Under the pieces are notes generated by a model that saw nothing but the letters and a program-made list of their open reading frames with translations, did no database searches and was not told where the DNA came from. A DNA stretch of 32,000 nucleotides from NCBI RefSeq assembly GCF_000934605.2, contig NZ_CP010897.2, positions 3,734,815 to 3,766,814 of the forward strand, given 5' to 3'. Source of the DNA: Pandoraea vervacti (lineage in GTDB: Bacteria; Pseudomonadota; Gammaproteobacteria; Burkholderiales; Burkholderiaceae). The position numbers were made by a program, and so were the translations under genes. Shown one piece after another: positions 17,789 to 25,903 of this stretch; position 1 is the first letter of the stretch; each line of letters opens with the position of its first letter.

Positions 17789-18594
17789 GACGGCTCCTCC
17801 GTGGGTACGCCCCTCACCTGCTCACGCACCGACAGCCAGACGTCGTTGCGCAGTTCGGAAAAGCGTTGCGACAGCATGGTCGCCTCGCGCCCGAGCGTGC
17901 GATCCAGATCGACATCCACGCGCTTCACGATGCGTCCGGGCCGCCGCGACATGACGTAGATGGTGTCGGACAGATAGACCGCCTCGTCGATGTCATGCGT
18001 GACGAGTAACGCGGTTTTGCCCGAACGCTCGAACAGACGCAGCAACTCGTCCTGCATGAACTCGCGCGTTTGCGCATCGAGCGCGCCGAACGGTTCGTCG
18101 AGCAGGAGAATCTTCGGATCGCTCGCGAAGGTGCGTGCGAGCGCGACACGCTGACGCATGCCCCCCGACAGCTCGCGCGGATAACGCCGCTCGAAGCCCT
18201 TGAGATGGATGAGATCGACATAGCGCGCGACCGTACGTTCGATCTCGTCGCTGCGCGTGCCCTTGCGGCGCAGGCCGTAAGCGATGTTCTCCGCGACGGT
18301 GAGCCATGGGAACAGCGCGTATTCCTGAAAGACCACCCCACGGTCGACACCCGGCCCCGTAATCCGCTCGCCAAAGGTCGCGCACACGCCGTGAGAGGCT
18401 TCGACGAACCCGCCGAGGATGTAGAGCAGCGTGCTCTTGCCGCAACCGGACGGACCGACGAGCGAGACCAGCTTGCCGGCCGGGACATCCAGCGCAATAT
18501 TGTCGAGCGCGACGACGCGCTCGCCGTCCTTGTCGAAAACCTTCGACAGACCGGCGACATGGATGGCCGCCGCGGTGTCTTGCAGGCTGCTCAT
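17785..18594 (-). CDS. ABC transporter ATP-binding protein (NitT/TauT family)
   Basis: Walker A GPSGCGKST, signature LSGGMRQR, Walker B ILLLDEPFGALD. The start lies 2 nt after the SBP stop. Confidence 0.92.
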   Translation of the reverse strand: MSSLQDTAAAIHVAGLSKVFDKDGERVVALDNIALDVPAGKLVSLVGPSGCGKSTLLYILGGFVEASHGVCATFGERITGPGVDRGVVFQEYALFPWLTVAENIAYGLRRKGTRSDEIERTVARYVDLIHLKGFERRYPRELSGGMRQRVALARTFASDPKILLLDEPFGALDAQTREFMQDELLRLFERSGKTALLVTHDIDEAVYLSDTIYVMSRRPGRIVKRVDVDLDRTLGREATMLSQRFSELRNDVWLSVREQVRGVPTEEPS

Positions 18595-18596
18595 CG

Positions 18597-19637
18597 TCAG
18601 ACCCGGCGCGGGAGGTACGACGCGTCCACGTTCGCCGCAATCCTGACCGGCTTGGGCAACAGTCCCAGTTGCGCCATCGCGTCGATGGGCGGCTGGAGGC
18701 TCGCGGCGGAGATCGTCGCGTTCGGATCGCGGTAGAAGTCCTTGGGCGTGAGGAAATACTCATCGAGCGACGCGGCGGGCGTTTTGGCGAGCTCCGCCGT
18801 CAGCGCGACCACCTGCTTGCGATTGGCCGGATCGTAAATCCAGCGTTGCGCGTCGACGTAATCGGCCAGCCACGCACGTACGGCTGCGGACTTTTCCGTA
18901 AGGAAGCGCGTGCGTGCACTCTGGAACAGCACGGGATACGGCGGCACAACGCCGACCGCGTCGAACACCGTACGAATGCCGCCCTTCTTCGCTTCGTCCA
19001 CCTGAAACGGCATGGCGAGCACGCCCACGTCGATGCGCTTCTGGCGCAACGCCGGCCCGATATTGCCGAACGGCATTTCGACCACACGGACGTCCTTACG
19101 TGGATCGAGGCCATGCTTTTGCAGCGCGATGCGCAGAATGATGTCGACGCTGCCGTTAAAGGCATTCACTGCCACGCTCTTGCCCTTGAGGTCGGCAATG
19201 GTGCGCACCGGGCTGTCCGTGAGCACGACGAACGGGTTGGACGCATAGCCCTGCACCGCGTCGCGATGGATTTCGGCAATGGCAGTCACGCCGCCCGGTA
19301 CCGCGTCCTGCGCGACGGCGGTTGCCAGACTCGTGAAGGCCAGCGTACCGATGTCGGCCTGCTCGGCGGCGAGCAATGTCGCCACGCCGGGCGTGCCGCG
19401 CGCCGTCATCGTCTCGATCACATACTCCTTGCCATGACGCTTGAGCACGTTGGCCTTGAACCAGTCGCTGGTAATGACGGTTTCGAGCTCACCGGGACCG
19501 ACCACGCCGGCCGTCGCATAGCGAATCAGCGGTGGCGCGGCGCGCGCGATCATGGGAAACGACAGGGCGGTCGCCACCGCTGCGCTTTGCTTGATGAATT
19601 GGCGGCGCGAGTGCCGCTGGGTGTCGTTGTGTGCCAT
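18597..19637 (-). CDS. ABC transporter substrate-binding protein (NMT1/SsuA/TauA-like) with twin-arginine signal
   Basis: MAHNDTQRHSRRQFIKQSAAVATALSFPMIARA|AP is a Tat motif SRRQFIK followed by an h-region and an AxA site. The start was taken at ATG 19637. The track start 19676 is the alternative. Confidence 0.87.
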   Translation of the reverse strand: MAHNDTQRHSRRQFIKQSAAVATALSFPMIARAAPPLIRYATAGVVGPGELETVITSDWFKANVLKRHGKEYVIETMTARGTPGVATLLAAEQADIGTLAFTSLATAVAQDAVPGGVTAIAEIHRDAVQGYASNPFVVLTDSPVRTIADLKGKSVAVNAFNGSVDIILRIALQKHGLDPRKDVRVVEMPFGNIGPALRQKRIDVGVLAMPFQVDEAKKGGIRTVFDAVGVVPPYPVLFQSARTRFLTEKSAAVRAWLADYVDAQRWIYDPANRKQVVALTAELAKTPAASLDEYFLTPKDFYRDPNATISAASLQPPIDAMAQLGLLPKPVRIAANVDASYLPRRV

Positions 19638-19720
19638 GAGATGTTGTCGTGCGAGAAGCTTGAAATTGCGGCGCATTCAGGTCGCCATTCGGGTCGCCGT
19701 GCCCTGCGACGTGCATCCGT

Positions 19721-21055
19721 TCAGTGCGACGGGCGGGCAATGCCGAGGTGATCGCGCAGCGTGTCGCCCGCGTACTCCCGGCGAAACACGCCTCGCGACT
19801 GAAGCTCGGGAATGACCAGGCGCACGAAGTCTTCGACACCCCCCGGCAGATAGGGCATCTGCACCATGAAGCCGTCGCAGGCGCGTGCGTCGAACCATTG
19901 CTGCATGACCTCGGCGACCGCGCCCCCGGTGCCATTGAAGTCGCGCAGCGGCCCGATCCCGTAGCGCTTGCCGATCTCGCGCAGCGACAGGCCCTGCTTG
20001 CGCGTGAGTTCCGCCACCTCCTTGTAATGGCCCTGCACGCCGCCGACTTCCAGATCGGGCAGTACGCCGTCCTGCGGGAACGGCGACAGATCGATGTCGA
20101 GCTGGTAAGAGAGGGTCGAGAGACCCGCCTCGGGATCGCAGAGATCGTCGAGCAGCGCCTGCTTGTCGCGCGCAATCGCATCGGTCTCGCCGACGACTGG
20201 CACCATGCCCAGCAGGATCTTCACGTCATCCGGGTTGCGACCGTGATGTGCAGCGCGCGCCTTGATGTCGTGATAGAAAGTTTGCGCCGAGTCCTGCGAG
20301 GAGTGCGTGACGAAGATGACGTCAGCCCACTTTGCCGCGAAATCGCGTCCGCGACTCGATGCGCCGGCCTGAATGAAGACGGGTCTGCCCTGCGGCGGAC
20401 GGCTGACATTGAGCGGCCCCTCCACATTGAACCACTTGCCCCGGTGCGAGATCGGGCTGACTTGCGCGGGATCGGCAAACTGGGGCGTCTCGCGATCGAG
20501 CGTGAGGGCGCCATCGCGCCAACTGTTCCACAGCTTGCACGCGACTTCGACGAACTCGTCCGCGCGGTCATAGCGGTCTTCGCGCGAGAGTTGTTCCTCA
20601 AGCCCGAAGTTGCGGGCTTCCGCGTCCTGAAACGACGTGACGATATTCCATGCGACGCGTCCGGCACTCAGATGATCGAGCGACGCGAGCGCACGCGCCA
20701 CGTGAAACGGTGTGAAGTAGGACGTCGAGATCGTCGCCGCAAGCCCCAGATGACGCGTGCTTCCGGCCAGCGCCGAGAGTACGACGATGGGGTCGAGACG
20801 CAGCGCGCCGAGTGCGCCATGGCGCAGTTGCGAGTCAAGGCTGTCGCCCAGTCGGCGTGGCAGCGCCTGGATGTCGGGCAGGAAGAGCATGTCGAAGCGT
20901 CCGGCTTCGAGCAAACGACCGATTTCCTGATAGAAGCGCACCGACAGAATGTCATGCTGCGCGGACGGGTAGCGCCAGCCGCCGTGATGGCCGGAAACCG
21001 GGCCGGCCATGACATAGGCGGCCAGATGCATTTGACGCGAGGAGGCGTTCGACAT
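19721..21055 (-). CDS. LLM-class FMNH2-dependent monooxygenase, NtaA/SnaA/DszA family
   Basis: 444 aa. MHLAAYVMAGPVSGHHGGWRYP, GRVAWNIVTSF, and DRYDRADEFVEVACKLWNSW are hallmarks of the nitrilotriacetate-monooxygenase family. Confidence 0.9.
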   Translation of the reverse strand: MSNASSRQMHLAAYVMAGPVSGHHGGWRYPSAQHDILSVRFYQEIGRLLEAGRFDMLFLPDIQALPRRLGDSLDSQLRHGALGALRLDPIVVLSALAGSTRHLGLAATISTSYFTPFHVARALASLDHLSAGRVAWNIVTSFQDAEARNFGLEEQLSREDRYDRADEFVEVACKLWNSWRDGALTLDRETPQFADPAQVSPISHRGKWFNVEGPLNVSRPPQGRPVFIQAGASSRGRDFAAKWADVIFVTHSSQDSAQTFYHDIKARAAHHGRNPDDVKILLGMVPVVGETDAIARDKQALLDDLCDPEAGLSTLSYQLDIDLSPFPQDGVLPDLEVGGVQGHYKEVAELTRKQGLSLREIGKRYGIGPLRDFNGTGGAVAEVMQQWFDARACDGFMVQMPYLPGGVEDFVRLVIPELQSRGVFRREYAGDTLRDHLGIARPSH

Positions 21056-21152
21056 ACTGCAATATCCGAAAAGACGTGTTCGACAATCGGCGCGCGGAAG
21101 AGCCTTGGGCTACGCCTGTCTCAGTCTTCCCGAAGCACTGCCAATACTTTGC

Positions 21153-21177
21153 GGCAGCACCGCAGATCGGTGCCGCC
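21153..21177 (-). other. GC-rich hairpin in the leader of the monooxygenase/transporter operon
   Basis: GGCAGCACCG-CAGAT-CGGTGCCGCC (9/10 bp). No U-tract follows on the minus strand. Confidence 0.4.
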
Positions 21178-21188
21178 TGTTCGAAAAC

Positions 21189-21216
21189 AGTATATGGGTG
21201 CCTGACGTGTTAACAA
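21189..21216 (-). promoter_or_regulatory. sigma-70 promoter candidate for the 21055..15220 operon
   Basis: Minus strand: TTGTTA (21216-21211) - 16 nt - TATACT (21194-21189). Pattern match only. Confidence 0.3.
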
Positions 21217-21297
21217 ATTCGAATCGCTGCTAAGCAAATACTGAAAACCGATGCCGCGTCATGTCGTCAGACGGCCTGCCGCCATCGACGCGATCGC

Positions 21298-22224
21298 CTA
21301 GACGGTCTGCATTCCCCAGCGTCGCACGGTCACCCGGGCAAGCGTATCGAAGACGAGATGCTCGACGATCAGGCCGATGAGAATGACCGTCAGCAACCCG
21401 GCGAAGACCTTGTCGGTGTAGAGCTCGTTGCGGTTCTGATAGATGTACCAGCCCAGTCCGCCAGCGCCGGTGTTCGCGCCGAACACGAGTTCCGCAGCAA
21501 TCAATGTGCGCCATGCAAAGGCCCACCCGACGCGCAGCCCCGAGAGCACCGAGGGCAGCGCCGCCGGCGTGAGAATCCACGCGACCTGACGCAGTCCCGA
21601 GAGACCGTAGTTGCGTCCGATCATGCGAAGCGTGGGCGACACGGCGTCGAATCCGGAAGCGACGCTCAGCGCCAGCGGCCACAGCACCGCATGCACGAGC
21701 ACGAACAGCAGGCTGCCGGTGCCCAGACCAAACCACAGGAGTGCGAGCGGCAGCAGCGCAATGGACGGCAATGGATTGAACATGCCCGTGAGCAGCGACA
21801 GCAGGTCTCGCCCGACGGCGGTCGTCATGGCGAGCGACGTGAGCACGAACGCGCAGAGCACGCCCAGCGCATAGCCACGCAACAGCACCCAAAGGGAAGT
21901 GGCCGTGCGAGCGACGAGTTCGCCATTGAGCAGACTGCTCCACCACGCGTGTGCCGTCGCCGCGGCGCCCGGCAACAGCAGGTCGTTGTCCACCCAGCGT
22001 GCGGCCAGCTCCCATATCAGGATCAGGACGATGCCGATGGCGAGCTTGCGCCAGACGGTCGGCGTGCCGCGCCACGCGCTTGTCGCGTCTTCGCTTCGTG
22101 ACACTTGTGCCGTCTTCGGCGTATCGGCGTCCCTGCGTGGCGCGGGCGGAAAAATGCGCTCCGGGCGTCGCGGCGATCCCTGGCGAGCACTGAGTCTGGC
22201 GACTTCCGTCGATGGTCGATTCAC
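21298..22224 (-). CDS. ABC transporter permease (NitT/TauT, SsuC-like family)
   Basis: Membrane protein with the EAA-type loop IGRNYGLSGLRQVAWILTPAALPSVLSG. There is no in-frame ATG before the first TM segment. GTG 22224 lies 6 nt after GAGGAA and 16 nt after the ATPase stop. GTG 22104 is the alternative. Confidence 0.83.
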   Translation of the reverse strand: MNRPSTEVARLSARQGSPRRPERIFPPAPRRDADTPKTAQVSRSEDATSAWRGTPTVWRKLAIGIVLILIWELAARWVDNDLLLPGAAATAHAWWSSLLNGELVARTATSLWVLLRGYALGVLCAFVLTSLAMTTAVGRDLLSLLTGMFNPLPSIALLPLALLWFGLGTGSLLFVLVHAVLWPLALSVASGFDAVSPTLRMIGRNYGLSGLRQVAWILTPAALPSVLSGLRVGWAFAWRTLIAAELVFGANTGAGGLGWYIYQNRNELYTDKVFAGLLTVILIGLIVEHLVFDTLARVTVRRWGMQTV

Positions 22225-22240
22225 TTGAGGTTCCTCGGTC

Positions 22241-23158
22241 TCACGCCGCTTCGTGCTCGCCGAAGAGCAGGTCGTGAATGCGCTCGCCAGCACGTCTGAA
22301 TTCGGCAGACGCGACGTCGCCCGGGACGAAGTCGCCGGCGTCCAGTTCTGCGCGCAATCGTCCGGGTTGGCCGTCCAGCAGCACGATACGGCTGCCCACG
22401 ATGAGCGCCTCTTCGATCGAGTGCGTGACGAACAGCAGCGTGACGTGCGTGTCGTCCCACAGCCGAAGCAATTCCTCCTGCATGCGCAGGCGAGTGAGCG
22501 CGTCGAGCGCGGCGAACGGCTCATCCATGAGCAGCACGCGTGGTCGCACGGCGAGTGCCCGCGCGATGGCCACGCGTTGCTTCATGCCGCCCGAGAGCGC
22601 GTGCGGATAGGCATCGGCAAATCGGGACAGCCCCACTTTGTCCAGAGTCTCTCTCGCGCGCTCGCGCGCCTCGTGACGCGACAGCCCCCTCGCGACGCGC
22701 AGCGGAAACATCACGTTTTGCAGCACCGTTTTCCACGGCGCCAGTTGATCGAATTCCTGGAACACGAACATCCGGTCGATGCCCGGGCCGCTCACCGTCT
22801 GCGCGTCGAGCGAAATCTCGCCGCGTGCCGGTTTGACGAAGCCGCCGATCGCCTTGAGCAGCGTCGATTTACCGCAGCCGGATGGGCCAAGCAAGACGAA
22901 ACGGTCGGCGTTGTAGACATCGAACGATATGTCGTTCAACACGGGCACGAGGCGTGCGCGATGCCGGAACTCGATGCCGAGGTCGCGCACTTCAAGCACG
23001 CGCGAACTGCCTGGCCCGTGCGCATGCGCGGATGGTCCGGCGTCGGCGGCGTCGGCGGCAGCGAGCGCGTGTGTCTGCGCGGCTGTGTCGATATCGGTGA
23101 TATCGGTGAGATCGGCAAGATCCGCACGCGCCAGCGACCGAGCGCTCGACGTCCCCAT
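22241..23158 (-). CDS. ABC transporter ATP-binding protein (NitT/TauT family) with a repeat-encoded low-complexity N-terminus
   Basis: Walker A GPSGCGKST, signature LSGGMKQR, Walker B VLLMDEPFAALD. ATG 23158 lies 1 nt after the SBP stop, with a GGGGAG RBS. Confidence 0.9.
   Translation of the reverse strand: MGTSSARSLARADLADLTDITDIDTAAQTHALAAADAADAGPSAHAHGPGSSRVLEVRDLGIEFRHRARLVPVLNDISFDVYNADRFVLLGPSGCGKSTLLKAIGGFVKPARGEISLDAQTVSGPGIDRMFVFQEFDQLAPWKTVLQNVMFPLRVARGLSRHEARERARETLDKVGLSRFADAYPHALSGGMKQRVAIARALAVRPRVLLMDEPFAALDALTRLRMQEELLRLWDDTHVTLLFVTHSIEEALIVGSRIVLLDGQPGRLRAELDAGDFVPGDVASAEFRRAGERIHDLLFGEHEAA
23038..23125 (-). repeat. two blocks of in-frame 9-bp tandem repeats inside the ATPase 5' end
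   Basis: 23038-23064: cggcgtcgg cggcgtcgg cggcagcga. 23090-23125: gatatcggt gatatcggt gagatcggc aagatccgc. Together they encode ADLADLTDITDID...AAADAADAG. Confidence 0.9.
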
Positions 23159-23159
23159 C

Positions 23160-24200
23160 TCAACTCCCCTGCCCCAACGCGGGCTCGTCGAAGAAGTAGT
23201 CCTTCCACGACGTGGCCTTGTGACGAACGGCGCCCACACGTTGCATGAACTGGGCAAGGCCCAGCGTGTTCTGGGGCGCAATCGAGAAATTGACCTTGGG
23301 GTCGGTGATGATGCTCACCAGCAGTTTCTTGTCGGTCTTCGACTGATTCACGCGGAGGTAGGTATCGGCGGCCGCCTCCGGTTGGCGTTTGACGAAATCG
23401 GCGGCGCGCGCGAGCGCCAGTACGAAGGCCCGATAGGTTTTCGGGTTGTCGTTGCGGAATTTCTCGGTCGTGTAGAGCACCGTGGCAGAACTCGGTCCGC
23501 CCAGCACGTCGTAGGAATCGAGCACGATGTGCGCGTTGGGGTTCGCGGCGAGTTCCTGTTCCTGGAACGGCGGGGTGCCGAAGTGCCCCGTGATCTCGGT
23601 GCCGCCCGCGATGATTGCCGCCGCGGCGTCGGGATGCGCCATCGTCTGGGTCCATTTGTCCAGACGATCGAATGAAGCGTCTCCCCATTGCCGGGCGGCG
23701 GCGTATTGCAGCACACGAGACTGGACCGACACGCCCACCGCGGGCAGCGCAATACGATCCTTCTCCGTGAAGTCGGCGATGGTGCGCACCTTCGGATTGT
23801 TGCTCACGAGGTAATACGGCAGGCTGCCCAGCGACGCTACGCCGCGTACGTTCTGGCGACCGTAGGTACGATCCCAGACGGTGATGAGCGGGCCGACGCC
23901 TGCACCGGCGATGTCGATGGCGCCGGACAGGAGCGCGTCGTTGATCGCGGCGCCGCCGGACAGGCGCGCCCAGTCGACTTTCACTTCAACGCCCAGCTTG
24001 CGGCCCTCCTGCTCGATCAATTGCTGGTCGCGCACGACGTTGAGCAACAGGTAGACGATGCCGAACTGCTCCGCGATCCGAATCCGTCCCTCCGCATGCG
24101 CTGCTGGCACCGCCATCGCGAACGAGAGACTGACGACCAGCAGGCGAACCGGCGAAAGCAGTGAGAGCAGCGAGTCACGAACGAAGCGCATGGCGAGCAT
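23160..24200 (-). CDS. ABC transporter substrate-binding protein (NMT1/SsuA-like)
   Basis: Sec-type signal peptide ...LSFAMAVPAAHA|EG and a periplasmic-binding fold typical of aliphatic sulfonate/nitrate/taurine family SBPs. First gene of the SBP-ATPase-permease operon. Confidence 0.87.
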   Translation of the reverse strand: MLAMRFVRDSLLSLLSPVRLLVVSLSFAMAVPAAHAEGRIRIAEQFGIVYLLLNVVRDQQLIEQEGRKLGVEVKVDWARLSGGAAINDALLSGAIDIAGAGVGPLITVWDRTYGRQNVRGVASLGSLPYYLVSNNPKVRTIADFTEKDRIALPAVGVSVQSRVLQYAAARQWGDASFDRLDKWTQTMAHPDAAAAIIAGGTEITGHFGTPPFQEQELAANPNAHIVLDSYDVLGGPSSATVLYTTEKFRNDNPKTYRAFVLALARAADFVKRQPEAAADTYLRVNQSKTDKKLLVSIITDPKVNFSIAPQNTLGLAQFMQRVGAVRHKATSWKDYFFDEPALGQGS

Positions 24201-24223
24201 GACCTGTGGAGGACAAAGAAGCG

Positions 24224-24252
24224 AAATTAGCGACGCCTCTCTCGAAGGTCAA
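24224..24252 (-). promoter_or_regulatory. sigma-70 promoter candidate for the 24200..21298 operon
   Basis: Minus strand: TTGACC (24252-24247) - 17 nt - TAATTT (24229-24224), ~25 nt upstream of ATG 24200. Confidence 0.35.
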
Positions 24253-24287
24253 CGAAGCAAATCACACAAGGTTATGCCCGCATATGC

Positions 24288-24782
24288 TTATGCGAGATCC
24301 TTCCGACGGCTCGATTTCGGCGGGCGTGCCGTGCGCTCCCCCAGCCCGACCTCTTGCAGCGCCCGTGCGTAAACTGTCAGTCCTCGAACCACAGCGCCCC
24401 GCTCCGCTTCGCTCATACGGTCCAGCGCGCCACTGACCTGACGTCTTCCGAACGCATGAATTGCGGCGAGCGTGCGTCTGCCGCGTGGCGTCAACGACAA
24501 CAGTTTTTCGCGCGCGTCGTCTCGACTGGGTGTCTCCTTCAACTCCCCGGCAATCAGCAGTTTTCGCAGCATTCGGCTAACGCTCGACTTATCCAGCATC
24601 AGATATTCGCCCAGATAAGCGGATGTCACCGAGCGTCGCGCGCCAATTTCCATAATCGCGTGAACCGCCGACGCGGAATACCCGGTATCCGCGAGCGTCG
24701 CCTGCATGAATCCCAGCTCACGCACCATTTGCCGCGAGGCTGCCCGGATGCTGTCGAGCAGTTCGATGTCGTATTTTGGCAT
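24288..24782 (-). CDS. MarR family transcriptional regulator
   Basis: 164 aa winged-helix protein (LGEYLMLDKSSVSRMLRKLLIAGELKETPSRDDAREKLLSLTPRGRR), divergent from the SDR gene. Confidence 0.9.
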   Translation of the reverse strand: MPKYDIELLDSIRAASRQMVRELGFMQATLADTGYSASAVHAIMEIGARRSVTSAYLGEYLMLDKSSVSRMLRKLLIAGELKETPSRDDAREKLLSLTPRGRRTLAAIHAFGRRQVSGALDRMSEAERGAVVRGLTVYARALQEVGLGERTARPPKSSRRKDLA

Positions 24783-24802
24783 GGTTGATATCTCGGATTA
24801 AT

Positions 24803-24817
24803 GTTGTACGATACAAC
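24803..24817. promoter_or_regulatory. inverted repeat, candidate MarR operator
   Basis: GTTGTA-cga-TACAAC, in the AT-rich 137-bp marR/SDR intergenic region, 21 nt from the marR start. Confidence 0.35.
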
Positions 24818-24919
24818 TAATATCTTGCGCCCTGTCGAAATTTCACGATCTCGGAAGGTCGGAGTCCCCGGAGATGGGACGCTGACGACTCAGGCGAGCG
24901 CATACAGCCCGGAGGCCCT

Positions 24920-25702
24920 ATGCAGTCCGAGAAACGTGGTTTTCGACGTGCGCGCATGCTGGGACAGGTGGGGCTGGTCACGGGTGGCGGCAGTGGTATC
25001 GGTCGCGCGACGGCGATCCAAATGGCCGCCGAGGGCGCGTCGGCCGTGGTCATCGCCGGGCGGCGCGAGGAGGAAGGGGACGCCGTGGCGGCGGAGTGCC
25101 GGGTAATGGGGGGCGAGGCCATGTTCGTGAAAACGGATGTGACGCGTGAGGAGGACATCGCGCATCTCATCCAAACTGTCACGAACCGATTCGGACAACT
25201 GGACGTTGCGTTCAACAATGCCGGTTTTCAGGAACGACGCGCCCCCATCGACGCACAGGATGCTTCGGTGTACGCCAGCGTATTCGATACCAACGTGCGA
25301 TCAGTGTTTCTTTGCCTGAAGCACCAAATCCCGGCGATGGAAAAAAGCGGGGGCGGACGCGTCGTCATCAACGCCTCGGTCAGTGGCGTGAGAAATCCCA
25401 ATCCCGGTCTGGCGCTTTACTCGGCATCCAAGGCAGCCGTCATCTCGTTGATGCGCTCGGCGGCGATGGAATGCGCGCCACGAGGCATTCGAATCAATGC
25501 CGTCGCGCCGGGGCGCGTCGTCACCGACATGATGCTGGCGTCTGGCATCGCCGACATGTCGAGCGTTGCCGCAGCACTGCCGTTACGACGGATGGGCCAA
25601 CCGGAAGAAGTCGCCGAAGCGGTCATCTGGCTGGCTTCGGATGAGGCTTCCTATATCGTCGGCCATGTTCTGGCGGCCGATGGCGGGTTTCTGGCGTCTT
25701 AG
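24920..25702 (+). CDS. SDR family (short-chain dehydrogenase/reductase) oxidoreductase
   Basis: TGGGSGIG cofactor motif, NNAG, and the catalytic S...YSASK. ATG 24920 lies 4 nt after GGAGG. ATG 24956 is the alternative. Confidence 0.9.
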   Translation: MQSEKRGFRRARMLGQVGLVTGGGSGIGRATAIQMAAEGASAVVIAGRREEEGDAVAAECRVMGGEAMFVKTDVTREEDIAHLIQTVTNRFGQLDVAFNNAGFQERRAPIDAQDASVYASVFDTNVRSVFLCLKHQIPAMEKSGGGRVVINASVSGVRNPNPGLALYSASKAAVISLMRSAAMECAPRGIRINAVAPGRVVTDMMLASGIADMSSVAAALPLRRMGQPEEVAEAVIWLASDEASYIVGHVLAADGGFLAS

Positions 25703-25754
25703 GCGCCGGGGGTTCGCCCCGAAATGGGCTATGGGCGTTAGCGGGGTATATCGG

Positions 25755-25782
25755 ACAAACAAAAAACGCCCCAATGGGGCGC
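25755..25782 (-). terminator. intrinsic terminator after tRNA-Pro (possibly bidirectional for the SDR gene)
   Basis: Minus strand: GCGCCCC-ATT-GGGGCG followed by TTTTTTGTTTG. On the plus strand the same stem is followed by only TTTG. Confidence 0.65.
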
Positions 25783-25812
25783 TTTGCAACTGCTTGATAC
25801 GACAGGGTTTTT

Positions 25813-25889
25813 TGGTCGGAGCGATAGGATTCGAACCTACGACCCTCTGATCCCAAATCAGATGCGCTACCAGGCTGCGCTACGCTCCG
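25813..25889 (-). tRNA. tRNA-Pro (anticodon UGG)
   Basis: 77-nt cloverleaf folded by hand: acceptor CGGAGCG/CGCTCCG, D arm GCGC-AGCCTGGTA-GCGC, anticodon arm TCTGA-TTTGGGA-TCAGA (UGG, G37), variable GGGTC, T arm GTAGG-TTCGAAT-CCTAT, discriminator A, encoded CCA. Confidence 0.95.
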
Positions 25890-25903
25890 ACGAAAGAGGA
25901 CGA

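Noticed and set aside
21160-21176. Sigma-54 -24/-12 promoter look-alike (minus strand cGGCACcgatcTGCg) that could be an SfnR target
   Set aside because: The GG-to-GC spacing is 9 nt rather than the strictly required 10, and the -12 element is TGC rather than TTGC. Other TGGC/GGCAC occurrences in 4110-4582 and 24201-24287 also lack a correctly spaced TTGC.
22225-22524. Upstream 100 codons of track ORF 21298..22524, making a 408-aa permease
   Set aside because: This part overlaps the 3' end of the ATPase gene in another frame and is Arg/Ser-rich. The permease most likely starts at GTG 22224 (GAGGAA RBS) or GTG 22104.
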